DNA of 64,000 nt from Candidatus Cryptobacteroides sp. (GTDB lineage Bacteria; Bacteroidota; Bacteroidia; Bacteroidales; UBA932): positions 5,276-69,275 of the forward strand of contig JAZLCW010000009.1 of NCBI GenBank assembly GCA_045614445.1, in the 5' to 3' direction. The stretch's first letter is position 1. The number at the start of each line of letters is the position of its first letter. The notes beneath the pieces are model-generated. The model searched no databases. It was not told the origin of the DNA and worked only from the letters and a program-made list of their open reading frames with translations. Of the stretch, positions 40,101-50,677 are shown in pieces. The position numbers and the translations under genes are program-made.

Positions 40101-40459
40101 TATTTAAGAGTCTTATAAGACAATATGTGAGCAGTAACTGCTGTAGCGATCACGATGAAGAGTGTCCTCAATGCCCAATGTTCAGCGACACATACTGCAC
40201 AGTAAATCAATGTAATCCAGATAAGGGATATGGATACGACCTTGACTCTGAGAGGTATGGCCTTATGCTCCAGAAAATTACGGATATACGGACCAAGCCG
40301 GGGATGATTCATCAGCCAGTCGTAGAGTCCTTTATCGGACTTCAGGAACAATGTGGCCGCAAGGAGTAGAAAAGGAGTAGTGGGCAATACGGGAAGAAAG
40401 GCCCCGAGAATCCCGAGGCCAAGTGATATCAATCCTATGATTGTCAGAAATAATCTCAT
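40100..40459 (-). CDS. ybaN: YbaN/DUF454 membrane protein
   Basis: LGILGAFLPVLPTTPFLLLA, WLMNHPRLGPYI. Confidence 0.9.
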   Translation of the reverse strand: MRLFLTIIGLISLGLGILGAFLPVLPTTPFLLLAATLFLKSDKGLYDWLMNHPRLGPYIRNFLEHKAIPLRVKVVSISLIWITLIYCAVCVAEHWALRTLFIVIATAVTAHILSYKTLK

Positions 40460-40470
40460 CAGAAATACAG

Positions 40471-42138
40471 TTATAGACTGCTGCCTCCGATGAAGCTTCG
40501 GAGCAATGAAGTCGATGGTACATCCTTGTCTGAAACCGGCGTGAAGTAACTGAGGAATTTCTTCAGTCTGTGCACCTCACTGTATTCTGGACAATTCTTC
40601 GGCACGGTCATCAGGATCTTCTCAGCGTGGGCACGTATGACAGCGAATTCTACAAGATATGCTGAATTGAAGAGTACATCTGCATTTTCCTGATATGGAT
40701 ATATCCACTGAACCTCAGAACGTCGGACATTAGGCCAGTGCATTATCGATTCGCGGGCTGTAAATGCTCCCTTATTGAAATCACGGACAATACGCCTGAG
40801 GAGACGATTGTCACTTGTCGGGATGCAGTTATGGTCATCAAGGGAGATGCTGGTGATGGTATTGATGAAGATCCTGTATTTGGAGGCGTCATCCACCTGA
40901 TCGGTCAGGCGAGGATTAAGGGCGTGGATTCCTTCGATGATGAGGATGGATCCCGGCTCAAGCTTCAATTTCTTTCCATTGAACTCCCTGAGTCCTGTAA
41001 CAAAGTTATATTCAGGCACATCCACTGTTTCTCCGGAAAGAAGTTTAAGGACATCACTCTGCAGATACCGGTGATCTACAGTCTCGAAATTATCGAAATC
41101 AAATTCCCCGTTCGGAAGTCTCGGTGTATCCAGACGGTTCACGAAATAATCATCGGTCGAGAAGGAAATCGGGCGGATTCCGCAAGCCTTGAGCTGAATG
41201 CTCAGACGTTTGCAGAAAGTGGATTTACCGCTGGAGCTCGGTCCTGTTATCAGTACAAGACGTACCGGATTCTCCTTATCATTCACCCTCCTCTCGATTT
41301 CCTCAGCTATCTGGACAATCTTCTTTTCCTGAAGAGCCTCTGCAATCTTGATAAGGTCGCTAGCCTCTCCTCTCTGGCAGGCGAGATTCACATCACCGAC
41401 ATTTTCCAGACCCATTATCCTGTTCCACTTCTGATTCTCAGCGAATACATCAAAGGTCTTCGGCTGCTCGATGAAAGGAGCAAGTTCCTGAGGTTTATGT
41501 CTGTTCGGAACTCTTAGAAGCATGCCGCCACGATACATATCAAGGCTCCATACCTTCAAATGACCCGTACTTGAAAGAAGAGCTTCGTAATAATAATCAG
41601 GAGTATTTCCCAAGGTATAGTAATTCACATATACCTCTCCTGAAGTCTCCAGAAGTTTTACCTTATCTTCATATCCGAGCTTACGGAAGATTTCAATAGC
41701 CTCTTCCAGAAGCACTTCGTGCCTGCGGAAAGGAAGGTCAGCTTCAACAAGTTCCGTCATACGTGCCTTGATACGGGACAGATCGTCTGCTGTCATCTCC
41801 GTACCGTCGCCCTTGTCAATCGAGCAGAAATATCCCTTTGAAATAGGTCTTCGCAGAATCACACGGCAATCAGGGAATATATCTCTCGCAGCCTTGCACA
41901 GGAGGAAGCATAATGAATTGCAATATACGCTTCTGCCAAGATATGAGGTATAATCCAGGAATTCGACCTGTCTGCTGTTGAAAGCCCTGTATTTAAGTCC
42001 CTGGCTGACATTGTTTACCTTGGCACATAAAATAGGGTAAGGCTTCTCGAATTCAAATGCAGGAAGCATGTCCATAAGGGTAGTACCCTCAGGAAATATC
42101 GCACTGGTCTGTGTATTGACACAAAAAATCTTCACCAT
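40471..42138 (-). CDS. Nucleoside (uridine) kinase with ThrRS-like N-terminal domains
   Basis: GPSSSGKST P-loop, DDYF, IEGIHALN, RLLRRIVRD. Confidence 0.88.
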   Translation of the reverse strand: MVKIFCVNTQTSAIFPEGTTLMDMLPAFEFEKPYPILCAKVNNVSQGLKYRAFNSRQVEFLDYTSYLGRSVYCNSLCFLLCKAARDIFPDCRVILRRPISKGYFCSIDKGDGTEMTADDLSRIKARMTELVEADLPFRRHEVLLEEAIEIFRKLGYEDKVKLLETSGEVYVNYYTLGNTPDYYYEALLSSTGHLKVWSLDMYRGGMLLRVPNRHKPQELAPFIEQPKTFDVFAENQKWNRIMGLENVGDVNLACQRGEASDLIKIAEALQEKKIVQIAEEIERRVNDKENPVRLVLITGPSSSGKSTFCKRLSIQLKACGIRPISFSTDDYFVNRLDTPRLPNGEFDFDNFETVDHRYLQSDVLKLLSGETVDVPEYNFVTGLREFNGKKLKLEPGSILIIEGIHALNPRLTDQVDDASKYRIFINTITSISLDDHNCIPTSDNRLLRRIVRDFNKGAFTARESIMHWPNVRRSEVQWIYPYQENADVLFNSAYLVEFAVIRAHAEKILMTVPKNCPEYSEVHRLKKFLSYFTPVSDKDVPSTSLLRSFIGGSSL

Positions 42139-42190
42139 CGGAAATAAGTTTTAGATGGTGAAGATACGAATATTTTTTATAATCCTATCG

Positions 42191-43621
42191 CTATTCCTTG
42201 ACCTTGATGTCAAGTTTGACAGGCTTGATCATATTTTCCGGTGAGAGAATGGTATCAAGATCTTCCTTTGAAAGGATATCATGCTCCAGAACAAGGTCGT
42301 AAATGCTCTTTCCGGTAGCCATAGCCTCCTTGGCGATGCGGGTTGAATATTTATAGCCGATGACCGGATTGAGTGCAGTAACCACTCCGAAGCTTGAATG
42401 GATATACTTGTCACATTGTTCCACATTTGCAATGATACCGTCCACGCAATTGATTCTGAGAGTGTCGAAACCGTTCATCATGATGGCAGCAGATTCGAAA
42501 CAGCACTGTGCCATTACAGGCTCCATTGCATTGAGCTCCATCTGCGCAGCCTCCGAAGACATTGCCACGCAAAGGTCATTACCGATAACCTTGTAGCATA
42601 TCTGGTTCATCACTTCAGGTATTACAGGATTGACCTTTCCTGGCATGATGGAAGAACCTGGCTGACGTGCAGGAAGATCGAATTCATGGAAACCGCAACG
42701 AGGTCCTGACGAAAGGAGGCGAAGGTCGTTGCATATCTTGTTCATCTTGGTCGCGATACGACGCAGAGCTGATGAATATCCCACCATGCAGGATGTGTCG
42801 GAAGTAGCGGCAACGAGATTGTCGGCAAGCTTCATATCCCATCCTGTGATTTCACGCAATGCTGCAATACACTTCTCGGAATATCCTGGCTCAGAGCAGA
42901 TTCCGGTTCCGATTGCGGTAGCACCCATATTGACTGTAAGGAATTCCTGAGCGGCAAAATTGATATTGCGGATTTCATCGCGAAGTATCGATGCGAAGGC
43001 TCCGAAAGACTGTCCTAGAGTCATAGGCACAGCGTCCTCGAGCTGGGTACGTCCCATTTTGAGGATACCCTTGAATTCTTCAGCCTTAGCCTCAAATGAC
43101 TTGATGATAAGTTCATAATGCTTCATGAACTCCAGATGCGTAGCATAAAGACCGATATGTATAGCTGTAGGATAAGCGTCATTTGTCGACTGCGAGCAGT
43201 TCACATGATCGTTAGGTGAACAATGCTTATATTTACCCAGTGGAAGACCCATGATCTGCAGAGCGCGGTTAGCAATGACCTCGTTCGCGTTCATATTGGT
43301 GGTGGTTCCGGCACCTCCCTGAATCATATCGACAGGGAAATATTCATGATGCTTGCCCTCGAGAATCTCGCGGCATGCCTGTGAAATGGCATTGAACTGT
43401 TCATCGGTAAGAAGACCAAGCTTATGATTGGCCTGCGCGGCTGCAAGCTTGGTTATCGCAAGTCCGTTGATGAACAAAGGATAATCATTAAGATGGAACG
43501 AACTGATAGGGAAATTCTCGATTCCTCTGAGAGTCTGGACACCATAGAGAGCATCGGCAGGAACTTCCATAGATCCTATCAAATCACTCTCCGTACGGGT
43601 ATTTTTAACACAATCTTCCAT
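42191..43621 (-). CDS. aspA: Aspartate ammonia-lyase
   Basis: YGVQTLR, QGGAGTTTNMN, GSSIMPGKVNPVIPE. Confidence 0.96.
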   Translation of the reverse strand: MEDCVKNTRTESDLIGSMEVPADALYGVQTLRGIENFPISSFHLNDYPLFINGLAITKLAAAQANHKLGLLTDEQFNAISQACREILEGKHHEYFPVDMIQGGAGTTTNMNANEVIANRALQIMGLPLGKYKHCSPNDHVNCSQSTNDAYPTAIHIGLYATHLEFMKHYELIIKSFEAKAEEFKGILKMGRTQLEDAVPMTLGQSFGAFASILRDEIRNINFAAQEFLTVNMGATAIGTGICSEPGYSEKCIAALREITGWDMKLADNLVAATSDTSCMVGYSSALRRIATKMNKICNDLRLLSSGPRCGFHEFDLPARQPGSSIMPGKVNPVIPEVMNQICYKVIGNDLCVAMSSEAAQMELNAMEPVMAQCCFESAAIMMNGFDTLRINCVDGIIANVEQCDKYIHSSFGVVTALNPVIGYKYSTRIAKEAMATGKSIYDLVLEHDILSKEDLDTILSPENMIKPVKLDIKVKE

Positions 43622-43746
43622 AATTTACGAAATATTGATAACGATTTATAAGTGATATGAGCAACAAAGTTAACAATCATTATCTGGAAAGCAAATAATG
43701 AGAACAGAATTTGATTATATTTGCATAAATCGGAGATTTTTCAGCT

Positions 43747-44865
43747 ATGAGATATAAGGAAATTGAAAATATCGAGGACCTCAGAAGTATTCTGGAAGCA
43801 GGAGGAACTCTCAGGCATTACGCATTTCAAGGCATTGATTTCAAACCTTTTATGGATGCAGCCTCAAGATGCCGATATTCGGACTGTCTGTTTATGGGAG
43901 GATCTGGTGTGGATGAGCTGAAGTCTCTGATGGATGAGAAATGCCTTGTCTATCCCCCATTCAGAGACCTTCCGTTCAGAGTCTTCAGGAGCAGTCTTTA
44001 CAATGCCGCATCTCTGTATGAAGGATACATACCTGGAGATCCTGATTCCTATAAGGATTCATTCGATTTCAAAGTATATGAACATTATCTCACCGCAGGA
44101 AAGCAGACAGGTGACATCAAGGAGACATTGGCCCGCATCCTGCACGACCATTCCATGAATGACGGAGTGGACGATTTCCTGGGAGCATTCGATGACAAAA
44201 GCATAGTCGGCATAATGGGAGGTCACGGTCTTTCACGCTGCGATGAAAGCTACAGAAAGGTGGTATTCATAAGCAAGAAACTCACGGAAAGCGGCAGCAT
44301 CATGGTCAGCGGAGGTGGTCCGGGAGCAATGGAGGCAACGCATCTGGGAGCATGGATGGCTGGCCGTAGCGAAAAGGATGTGGAAGAAGCATTGGAAATT
44401 CTTTCGCAGGCGCCATCATACAAGGACAGACTTTGGCTGGACACGGCATTCAGAGTCATGGAAAGGTTCCCTGATTCCAGATATGTGAGCCTCGGCGTTC
44501 CGACCTGGCTATACGGACATGAGCCTGCCACTCCTTTTGCCACACACATCGCCAAATATTTCGACAACAGCACCAGAGAAGATTCCATCCTGACAATATC
44601 CAAGGGAGGCGTCATATATTCACCGGGAAGTGCCGGAACAATGCAGGAAATATTCCAGGATGCCGTACAGAACCACTACCTCAGTTTCGGATATGCCAGT
44701 CCGATGGTATTCCTCGGAAAAGAATACTGGACTGAAGAAATGCCGGTTTACAGACTGATGCAATATCTGATAGAAAAAGGAAAATACAATAATCTTCTGC
44801 TGTCGATAAGTGACTCAGTGGAAGAAATAGTGAAGGAGATCGAGAATTTCAGAGAAAGCAAATGA
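43747..44865 (+). CDS. LOG/SLOG-family nucleotide-binding protein with long N-terminal extension
   Basis: GIMGGH, SGGGPGAMEA, PTWLYGHEP, PGSAGTMQE. Confidence 0.8.
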   Translation: MRYKEIENIEDLRSILEAGGTLRHYAFQGIDFKPFMDAASRCRYSDCLFMGGSGVDELKSLMDEKCLVYPPFRDLPFRVFRSSLYNAASLYEGYIPGDPDSYKDSFDFKVYEHYLTAGKQTGDIKETLARILHDHSMNDGVDDFLGAFDDKSIVGIMGGHGLSRCDESYRKVVFISKKLTESGSIMVSGGGPGAMEATHLGAWMAGRSEKDVEEALEILSQAPSYKDRLWLDTAFRVMERFPDSRYVSLGVPTWLYGHEPATPFATHIAKYFDNSTREDSILTISKGGVIYSPGSAGTMQEIFQDAVQNHYLSFGYASPMVFLGKEYWTEEMPVYRLMQYLIEKGKYNNLLLSISDSVEEIVKEIENFRESK

Positions 44866-45300
44866 TTATTTGTTCCTTCTGTGAAATGTAAGGAATTCAT
44901 TTATTTCGGGGTCTGAAGACTTCAGATCGCCCTTACACGCAGTTCTCTCAGCAACAACAGGTTCGACAGTCTGTCGAGCCTGTTTCCGTTTTCTCGGCTT
45001 GGGAATCGGCAATTCCTCCCACATCGCCTGACTTACACTTTTCAGAAGATGTGAATTGCTTTCATCGGGAAAGACTACGAATAATTTGGACCCAGGAAAG
45101 AGTTCCCGTCTTTCAGCTTCCGGCAGAAGTCTGCGGGAGGTCGGAGTATCCTGAAGCAATATCATCTCATTACATAGGAAACCCAGTACCCTGCCCTGAA
45201 GATAGATCGCATATTCACCGAACATACGTCGCATCGAGAATCCGTCCAACCCTCTGAACTGATTCTCGACGAACAATGCATATTCAGTTGAAGTAGCCAT
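44866..45300 (-). CDS. TfoX N-terminal domain protein
   Basis: MATSTEY, RRMFGEYAIY, ELPIPKP. Confidence 0.75.
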   Translation of the reverse strand: MATSTEYALFVENQFRGLDGFSMRRMFGEYAIYLQGRVLGFLCNEMILLQDTPTSRRLLPEAERRELFPGSKLFVVFPDESNSHLLKSVSQAMWEELPIPKPRKRKQARQTVEPVVAERTACKGDLKSSDPEINEFLTFHRRNK

Positions 45301-45698
45301 TATCTGACATCCAGCAATGTGATGTCAAAGATCAATGTGGAGAAAGCCTTGATGGCACCGGCAGGTCTTGAACCGTAACCGAGATTGTAAGGAATCACCA
45401 CCTCCCATCTGGATCCGGCAGGCATTTCCCTCATCGCTGTGATCCAGCCTGTTATGAGTTCATTGAGGCGGAAGGTAGCCGGGCGTCCTTTCTGGGTCTG
45501 GTCGAATATCTTTCCGTTTATTAGTTTTCCTGTGTAATAGACTGTAACGAAACTCTTCGGAGAAGGCTTCTGTCCCTTTCCCTTGGTGATTTCGCGATAC
45601 ATCACCCCATTGAACATAATCTTGACACCCGGTCTCTGGGCGTACTCCTGAAGAAACTCCTGATTCCTCAGCTTATAGGCATTATCAACTGGCGGCAT
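45300..45698 (-). CDS. FKBP-type peptidyl-prolyl isomerase
   Basis: VYYTGKLINGKIFD, LITGW, IPYNLGYG, STLIFDITL; start placed at MPPVDN. Confidence 0.92.
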   Translation of the reverse strand: MPPVDNAYKLRNQEFLQEYAQRPGVKIMFNGVMYREITKGKGQKPSPKSFVTVYYTGKLINGKIFDQTQKGRPATFRLNELITGWITAMREMPAGSRWEVVIPYNLGYGSRPAGAIKAFSTLIFDITLLDVR

Positions 45699-45700
45699 AA

Positions 45701-46048
45701 TTAATGACAATCATGGTGATCACAAACCTCACCGTTATCCTTTATATTTCCTGAAAGATATTGATTTACAAGTTCTTCCACATCACCGGAGCAGCCTCTG
45801 ATGACTTCGATGCGCTGAGCCTCGAGCACATTCTTCGCACCCTGCCCCATATTTCCGGCAAGCATCACAGCCACGCCCATCTGCTTGAGGACAGGAGCTA
45901 TTCCGCTCTTGCATCCGCATCCCTGAGGCGATGCCATCCTGGTGACATCTGCCACCTTGCCGTCAATGATATTGAATATCGTATAATATGCACAATGTCC
46001 GAAATGATCGTCCACGCGTCCGTCTCTTGTCGGTACTGCTATCTTCAT
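45701..46048 (-). CDS. NifB/NifX-family (FeMo-cofactor-binding-like) protein
   Basis: MKIAVPT, HFGHC, GCGCKS, GNMGQGA; C-terminal CDHHDCH. Confidence 0.88.
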   Translation of the reverse strand: MKIAVPTRDGRVDDHFGHCAYYTIFNIIDGKVADVTRMASPQGCGCKSGIAPVLKQMGVAVMLAGNMGQGAKNVLEAQRIEVIRGCSGDVEELVNQYLSGNIKDNGEVCDHHDCH

Positions 46049-46081
46049 CCTTGAGTATTTTTCTTCAAAGGTAGTCCTTAA

Positions 46082-46118
46082 TGCATAATTATGCAAATCA
46101 TATGGCACAAGCATTGCT
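46082..46118 (+). promoter_or_regulatory. Consensus sigma54 promoter with adjacent 14-bp palindrome
   Basis: TGGCACAAGCATTGCT (46103-46118) matches TGGCAC-N5-TTGCW; TGCATAATTATGCA at 46082-46095. Confidence 0.7.
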
Positions 46119-46151
46119 TTCCGCCTCTGCGTAAACGTCTGAACAAGGAAT

Positions 46152-47393
46152 ATGAAGATCAGTGAAAAAATCCGCTATGTCGGAGTAAACGACTGCGAAA
46201 AGCAATTGTTTGAAGGCATTTGGCCTTTACCCTTTGGTATAAGTTATAACTCGTATCTGGTTATCGATCAGAAAATTGCATTGATCGACACGATTGACAA
46301 AGGATTCGAAGAGGAATACCTCAGAAAAATCAGCAAGGAGATAGGAAACCGGAGCATAGATTACCTTATCGTAAACCACGCGGAGCCGGATCATTCATCA
46401 CTGATCTCTCTGCTGCTGAACATCTATCCGGGGATACTGATAGTAGCTTCGCCAAAGGCAATCCCTATGCTGAAAGGCTTCTATGGACTGACGGAAGATG
46501 ATATACTGGCAGTGAGAGACGGGGACAGATTGAGCCTCGGAAATGTGGATCTGACATTCTATCATACACCGATGGTCCATTGGCCGGAAACGATGATGAC
46601 CTGGATGGCAGCAGAGTCCACACTTTTCTCAGGCGACGCCTTCGGAACATTCGGAGCATTGAAGCACGGAATCACGGACTCTACCTTCAAATGTGGCTGT
46701 CCGCCCGGAGAACAGTGCCATTATTCTGCCAACGGATTCCACGACGGCACGGCAGACGCCTTCTCCATGTACACAGACGAAATGATCAGATATTATTCCA
46801 ATATCGTCGGCAAATACGGATCGGCGGTCCAAGTCGCACTGAAGAAGCTCTCACACCTGAAAATCGACAGGATATGCAGTACTCACGGCCCAATATGGGA
46901 GAAGCAGGTTTCGAGAGTAAAAGCGCTGTACGACCGTCTGAGCCGTTACGAAGCAGAAGATGGAGTCTGCATCGCGTATGGTTCGATGTACGGCAATACG
47001 GCCGAAGCAGCACGAGAGCTGGCTCATGAACTCAGTGCCATAGGCATACCGGTCGCCCTGCACGATCTCAGCACAGAAAACATCTCCACTTCCCTGCGCG
47101 ACATCTTCCGATACAACACTCTCGCCCTCGGCTCCCCTACATATAACGGAGGTATCTTCCCACAAGTGGAAGCCTTGCTTCACTCAATATCAGCCAGAAT
47201 GCTCAAAGGACGCAATTTCATTGCCTTCGGCTCCTACACATGGGCAGCGGCAAGCGTACGCCTGATGAACGATTATGCAGCCACGCACGGTTTCAACCTG
47301 CTGCACCCCGGCATATCCTTCCCTCAGGCATACAGCCCTGAAAAATGTGACATGAAAGCCCTGGCCCATGTGATCCGGAAAGCACTGAAATAA
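46152..47393 (+). CDS. fprA: Flavodiiron protein (FprA-type O2/NO reductase)
   Basis: [33 protein letters not shown] flavodoxin domain. Confidence 0.93.
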   Translation: MKISEKIRYVGVNDCEKQLFEGIWPLPFGISYNSYLVIDQKIALIDTIDKGFEEEYLRKISKEIGNRSIDYLIVNHAEPDHSSLISLLLNIYPGILIVASPKAIPMLKGFYGLTEDDILAVRDGDRLSLGNVDLTFYHTPMVHWPETMMTWMAAESTLFSGDAFGTFGALKHGITDSTFKCGCPPGEQCHYSANGFHDGTADAFSMYTDEMIRYYSNIVGKYGSAVQVALKKLSHLKIDRICSTHGPIWEKQVSRVKALYDRLSRYEAEDGVCIAYGSMYGNTAEAARELAHELSAIGIPVALHDLSTENISTSLRDIFRYNTLALGSPTYNGGIFPQVEALLHSISARMLKGRNFIAFGSYTWAAASVRLMNDYAATHGFNLLHPGISFPQAYSPEKCDMKALAHVIRKALK

Positions 47394-47455
47394 TGTTTCC
47401 CCGACCGGAAACAGAGAAAACTTCAGAATACAAACCATATAACATCGTTGAAAAT

Positions 47456-47617
47456 ATGAAAAAGTACAAATGCGCTAAATGCGGCTGGATCTACGATCCC
47501 GCCATCGGAGACCCTAAGAACGGCATCCCTCCAGGAACCCCATTCGAGAAACTCCCCGCAGGCTGGCGCTGCCCGGTATGCGGCCAGCCGAAGAGCATGT
47601 TCTTTCCGGAGGAGTGA
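47456..47617 (+). CDS. Rubredoxin
   Basis: [30 protein letters not shown]. Confidence 0.95.
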   Translation: MKKYKCAKCGWIYDPAIGDPKNGIPPGTPFEKLPAGWRCPVCGQPKSMFFPEE

Positions 47618-47695
47618 AAATCTGAAATCATCAGATATCAGGCAAATGCCACAAAAAAAGTTATATTTGCACCTGGAATCAGGAAGCAATGGATT

Positions 47696-48337
47696 ATGAG
47701 CAGGATAAAACTAGTGATATTGGACTTTGACGGAACTTTGGGAGATACGACAGCACTGATCGTACGGACGACACAGGCGGCGATCAAGGAACTGGGGCTT
47801 CCGGCAAGGAGCGACGAAGAATGCGCGTCGATGATCGGATTGAGACTGGTGGAGATCCCGCCTGTGCTGTTTCCGGGGCATGATATCGACTGCGATCTAT
47901 ATGCAGCCACATATCGAAGGCTTTTTCATGAATTCGATACCGACGGGGCCGTAAAGCTTTATCCTAATGTGATCGAGACTCTGAAAGAACTTGACAGACA
48001 AGGCATTATCCTGACTATTGCAAGCAGCAGGAGCCGCAATACCCTGGTCAGATATGTTGAAAATCTTGGACTTTCAGACATCATCAGATACGTTCTCGGG
48101 GCAGATGACGTAAAAGAAGGAAAGCCGTATCCTGAAGGCATTTACAAGACACTTGAAAAATTCGATATCCCAGCCGGTCAGACTGTGATGGTGGGTGATA
48201 CGATTTTCGACATCGAGATGGGACTGAATGCAGGCACCAGGACCTGCGGAGTGACTTATGGCAACGGTTCCAGAGCCAGCCTTGCAAAGGCTGACCGGCT
48301 GATAGATGATTTCAGCGGATTATTGGAAATTGTCTGA
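47696..48337 (+). CDS. HAD-family hydrolase (phosphoglycolate phosphatase-like)
   Basis: DFDGTL, KP, MVGD..DI; -7 box at 47662-47669. Confidence 0.9.
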   Translation: MSRIKLVILDFDGTLGDTTALIVRTTQAAIKELGLPARSDEECASMIGLRLVEIPPVLFPGHDIDCDLYAATYRRLFHEFDTDGAVKLYPNVIETLKELDRQGIILTIASSRSRNTLVRYVENLGLSDIIRYVLGADDVKEGKPYPEGIYKTLEKFDIPAGQTVMVGDTIFDIEMGLNAGTRTCGVTYGNGSRASLAKADRLIDDFSGLLEIV

Positions 48338-48423
48338 TTCTGACTCACTGAAAGATACGGGATGAACTGATGGAAATCTGAGAACTTAGTGGTATCTTTG
48401 CACTTTTAATTTTTAAAAGAGCA

Positions 48424-49605
48424 ATGTACACTCATTCAGGCAAACCGAATACGCGAATCGACGTCGCGGACATCCTCAGAGGAATAGCCATCGGAGGCAT
48501 CATCCTCATCCATTTCATCGAACACATGAATTTCTACAGCTTCCCTGAAGCATCAAGTGCATTTTGGGCGAAGATGAATCAAGCTGTATGGGATTCTACA
48601 TTCTTCCTTCTTGCCGGAAAGATGTATGCCATTTTTGCGATGCTTTTCGGACTCAGCTTCTACATACAGCACGATAACCAGGCCCAGAAAGGCATTGACT
48701 TCAGACCGAGATTCGCCTGGAGAATGGTCCTGCTGATGATGTTCGGACTTTTCGATCTGCTGTTCTACAATGGAGATATCCTCTTCCTTTATGCAGTCTG
48801 CGGATTTTTCGTGATACCTTTCATCAGAGCCAGCGACAAGTTCATCTTCTGGACTGCGTTCTTGCTTCTGCTTCAGCCGGTGGAACTGTTCTACATATTC
48901 AAGGGTATTTTCGATCCTTCCGCATTGCCAATGGACTTAGGTAGCGGAAAGCATTGGGGAGGCCTTTATCAGGCTACCGGAGCGGGCTCGATACTGGATG
49001 TAGCACTCGCCGGACTCAAGCACGGACTGCCTGTAAACTTCCTTTGGGCCATCGAAAACGGCCGTATGACCCAGACTGTGTGCTTTTTCCTCTTCGGAAT
49101 CCTTCTCGGACGTAAAAGACTGTTCTACAATGAAGGAAACAATCTTGTCAGATGGAAGAACATTTTTGTTAGTGCCCTGATAGGCTTCATAATCCTTGTT
49201 CCGGCCTATTATCTGATACCAAAAGCAGTCGAATCCAACGCTTGCGCACACCACGGACTGAACGTAATGCTGAATATGTGGAAGAACTTCTCGATGATGC
49301 TTCTGATCGTATCCGGAGTGACACTTCTTTACTATAAGACCAGCGCTAAGAACTGGCTTATAAAGATCGCTCCTTACGGAAAGATGAGCCTTACAAACTA
49401 CCTGAGCCAGTCGATTGTCGGAGGCCTGCTTTTCTACAATTGGGGCTTCGGTCTGTTCAGACATTGCGGCCATACTGCCAGCATCCTGATGGGCGCGGGA
49501 TTCATCGTGATCCAGTTCCTTTTCTGCCGCTGGTGGCTGAAAAACCATAAGCGAGGACCATTCGAAGAGCTTTGGAGCAGAGCGACCTGGCTCGGAAAGA
49601 AATAA
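48424..49605 (+). CDS. DUF418/YeiB-family membrane protein
   Basis: DILRGIAI, GKMYAIFAMLFG, GDIL, GKMSLTNY, RGPFE. Confidence 0.9.
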   Translation: MYTHSGKPNTRIDVADILRGIAIGGIILIHFIEHMNFYSFPEASSAFWAKMNQAVWDSTFFLLAGKMYAIFAMLFGLSFYIQHDNQAQKGIDFRPRFAWRMVLLMMFGLFDLLFYNGDILFLYAVCGFFVIPFIRASDKFIFWTAFLLLLQPVELFYIFKGIFDPSALPMDLGSGKHWGGLYQATGAGSILDVALAGLKHGLPVNFLWAIENGRMTQTVCFFLFGILLGRKRLFYNEGNNLVRWKNIFVSALIGFIILVPAYYLIPKAVESNACAHHGLNVMLNMWKNFSMMLLIVSGVTLLYYKTSAKNWLIKIAPYGKMSLTNYLSQSIVGGLLFYNWGFGLFRHCGHTASILMGAGFIVIQFLFCRWWLKNHKRGPFEELWSRATWLGKK

Positions 49606-49633
49606 AACGGATTCTATAGATTAAACGACGTAA

Positions 49634-50341
49634 ATGACCATACCTAACGAAATACTCATAATACTATCTTTCCTGATCACTTACGGAGGTGTAGTAGCCT
49701 TCTACCGCTTCTTCGGCAAGACCGGCCTTCTGGCTTTCAATATATTGGCGACAATATTGGCCAATATCGAAGTACTGCTGCTGGTGAGGGCCTTCGGAGT
49801 GGAAATGACATTGGGAAACGTATTGTTCGCCAGCACTTTCCTCGTTACGGACGTACTTAGCGAGAACCATAGCCGCAAAGATGCAAACAAGGCAGTGGTA
49901 ATCAGCACATTATGTTCGATAATGTTTGTAGCATTGTCTCAGATGTGGCTCCTTTACAGCCTTAGCGAAAACGATTGGGCCGGCGGAGCGATCCATACTA
50001 TCTTCAGCAGTACGCCACGCATCGTCTGTGCATCATTGGCCGTTTATCTTGTATCCCAGCTTACTGATGTGTGGCTTTATCACAAATGGTGGGACTGGTG
50101 CAAGAAGCGTTTCGGGGACGAAAAGAAGGGTCTGTGGATCAGAAACAACGGTTCGACGATGATATCCCAGCTGCTGAACACCTTCTTATATACGATACTT
50201 GCCTTCTACGGAACATACGATATCCAGACGCTCGTATCGATCTTCGTCAGCAGCTATATCATTTATATCTGCACAAGCCTTCTTGACACGCCTTTCGTAT
50301 ATTGGTGCAGAAGGATCCACGAGAAACATAATATTGAATAA
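49634..50341 (+). CDS. yhhQ: Queuosine precursor transporter (YhhQ/Vut_1)
   Basis: ANIEV, TDVLSE, PRIVCAS, SQLTD, RNNGSTMISQ, DTPF. Confidence 0.88.
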   Translation: MTIPNEILIILSFLITYGGVVAFYRFFGKTGLLAFNILATILANIEVLLLVRAFGVEMTLGNVLFASTFLVTDVLSENHSRKDANKAVVISTLCSIMFVALSQMWLLYSLSENDWAGGAIHTIFSSTPRIVCASLAVYLVSQLTDVWLYHKWWDWCKKRFGDEKKGLWIRNNGSTMISQLLNTFLYTILAFYGTYDIQTLVSIFVSSYIIYICTSLLDTPFVYWCRRIHEKHNIE

Positions 50342-50342
50342 T

Positions 50343-50645
50343 ATGGCACAGGAAGAACTCCAGAACCAAGGACGCACAGTCCTGCGTACAGCTCCGAAAG
50401 AGCCACGTAAATATACTGTGTACATTCTGAACGATGACTTCACTACATTCGAGTTCGTGATCATGGTAGTGATGACTGTCTTCGGCAAGACGGAAGCTGA
50501 GGCTTGCAATATCGCCGAGACCACACATGTACATCAGAAGGCCACCGTAGGCAGCTATACTCTCGACATCGCGAAAAGCAAGGTAGCAAAGGCTACGGCA
50601 ATGGCAAGGGCGGAAGGATTTCCTTTGAGATTCGAGATTCAATAA
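50343..50645 (+). CDS. clpS: ClpA adaptor ClpS
   Basis: YTVYILNDDFTTFEFV, TTHVH, FPLRF; start at MAQEEL. Confidence 0.92.
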   Translation: MAQEELQNQGRTVLRTAPKEPRKYTVYILNDDFTTFEFVIMVVMTVFGKTEAEACNIAETTHVHQKATVGSYTLDIAKSKVAKATAMARAEGFPLRFEIQ

Positions 50646-50677
50646 GAAATCGTAGAAAAAGTAAACAGTTTCATAAT

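Noticed and set aside
49606-49633. preQ1 riboswitch upstream of yhhQ
   Set aside because: The gap is only 28 nt and lacks the preQ1 stem and A-rich tail.
50504-50677. Open pepO frame overlapping clpS, suggesting a ClpS-PepO frameshift fusion
   Set aside because: pepO has its own ATG and lipoprotein signal at 50678, clpS ends normally, and I see no slippery site.
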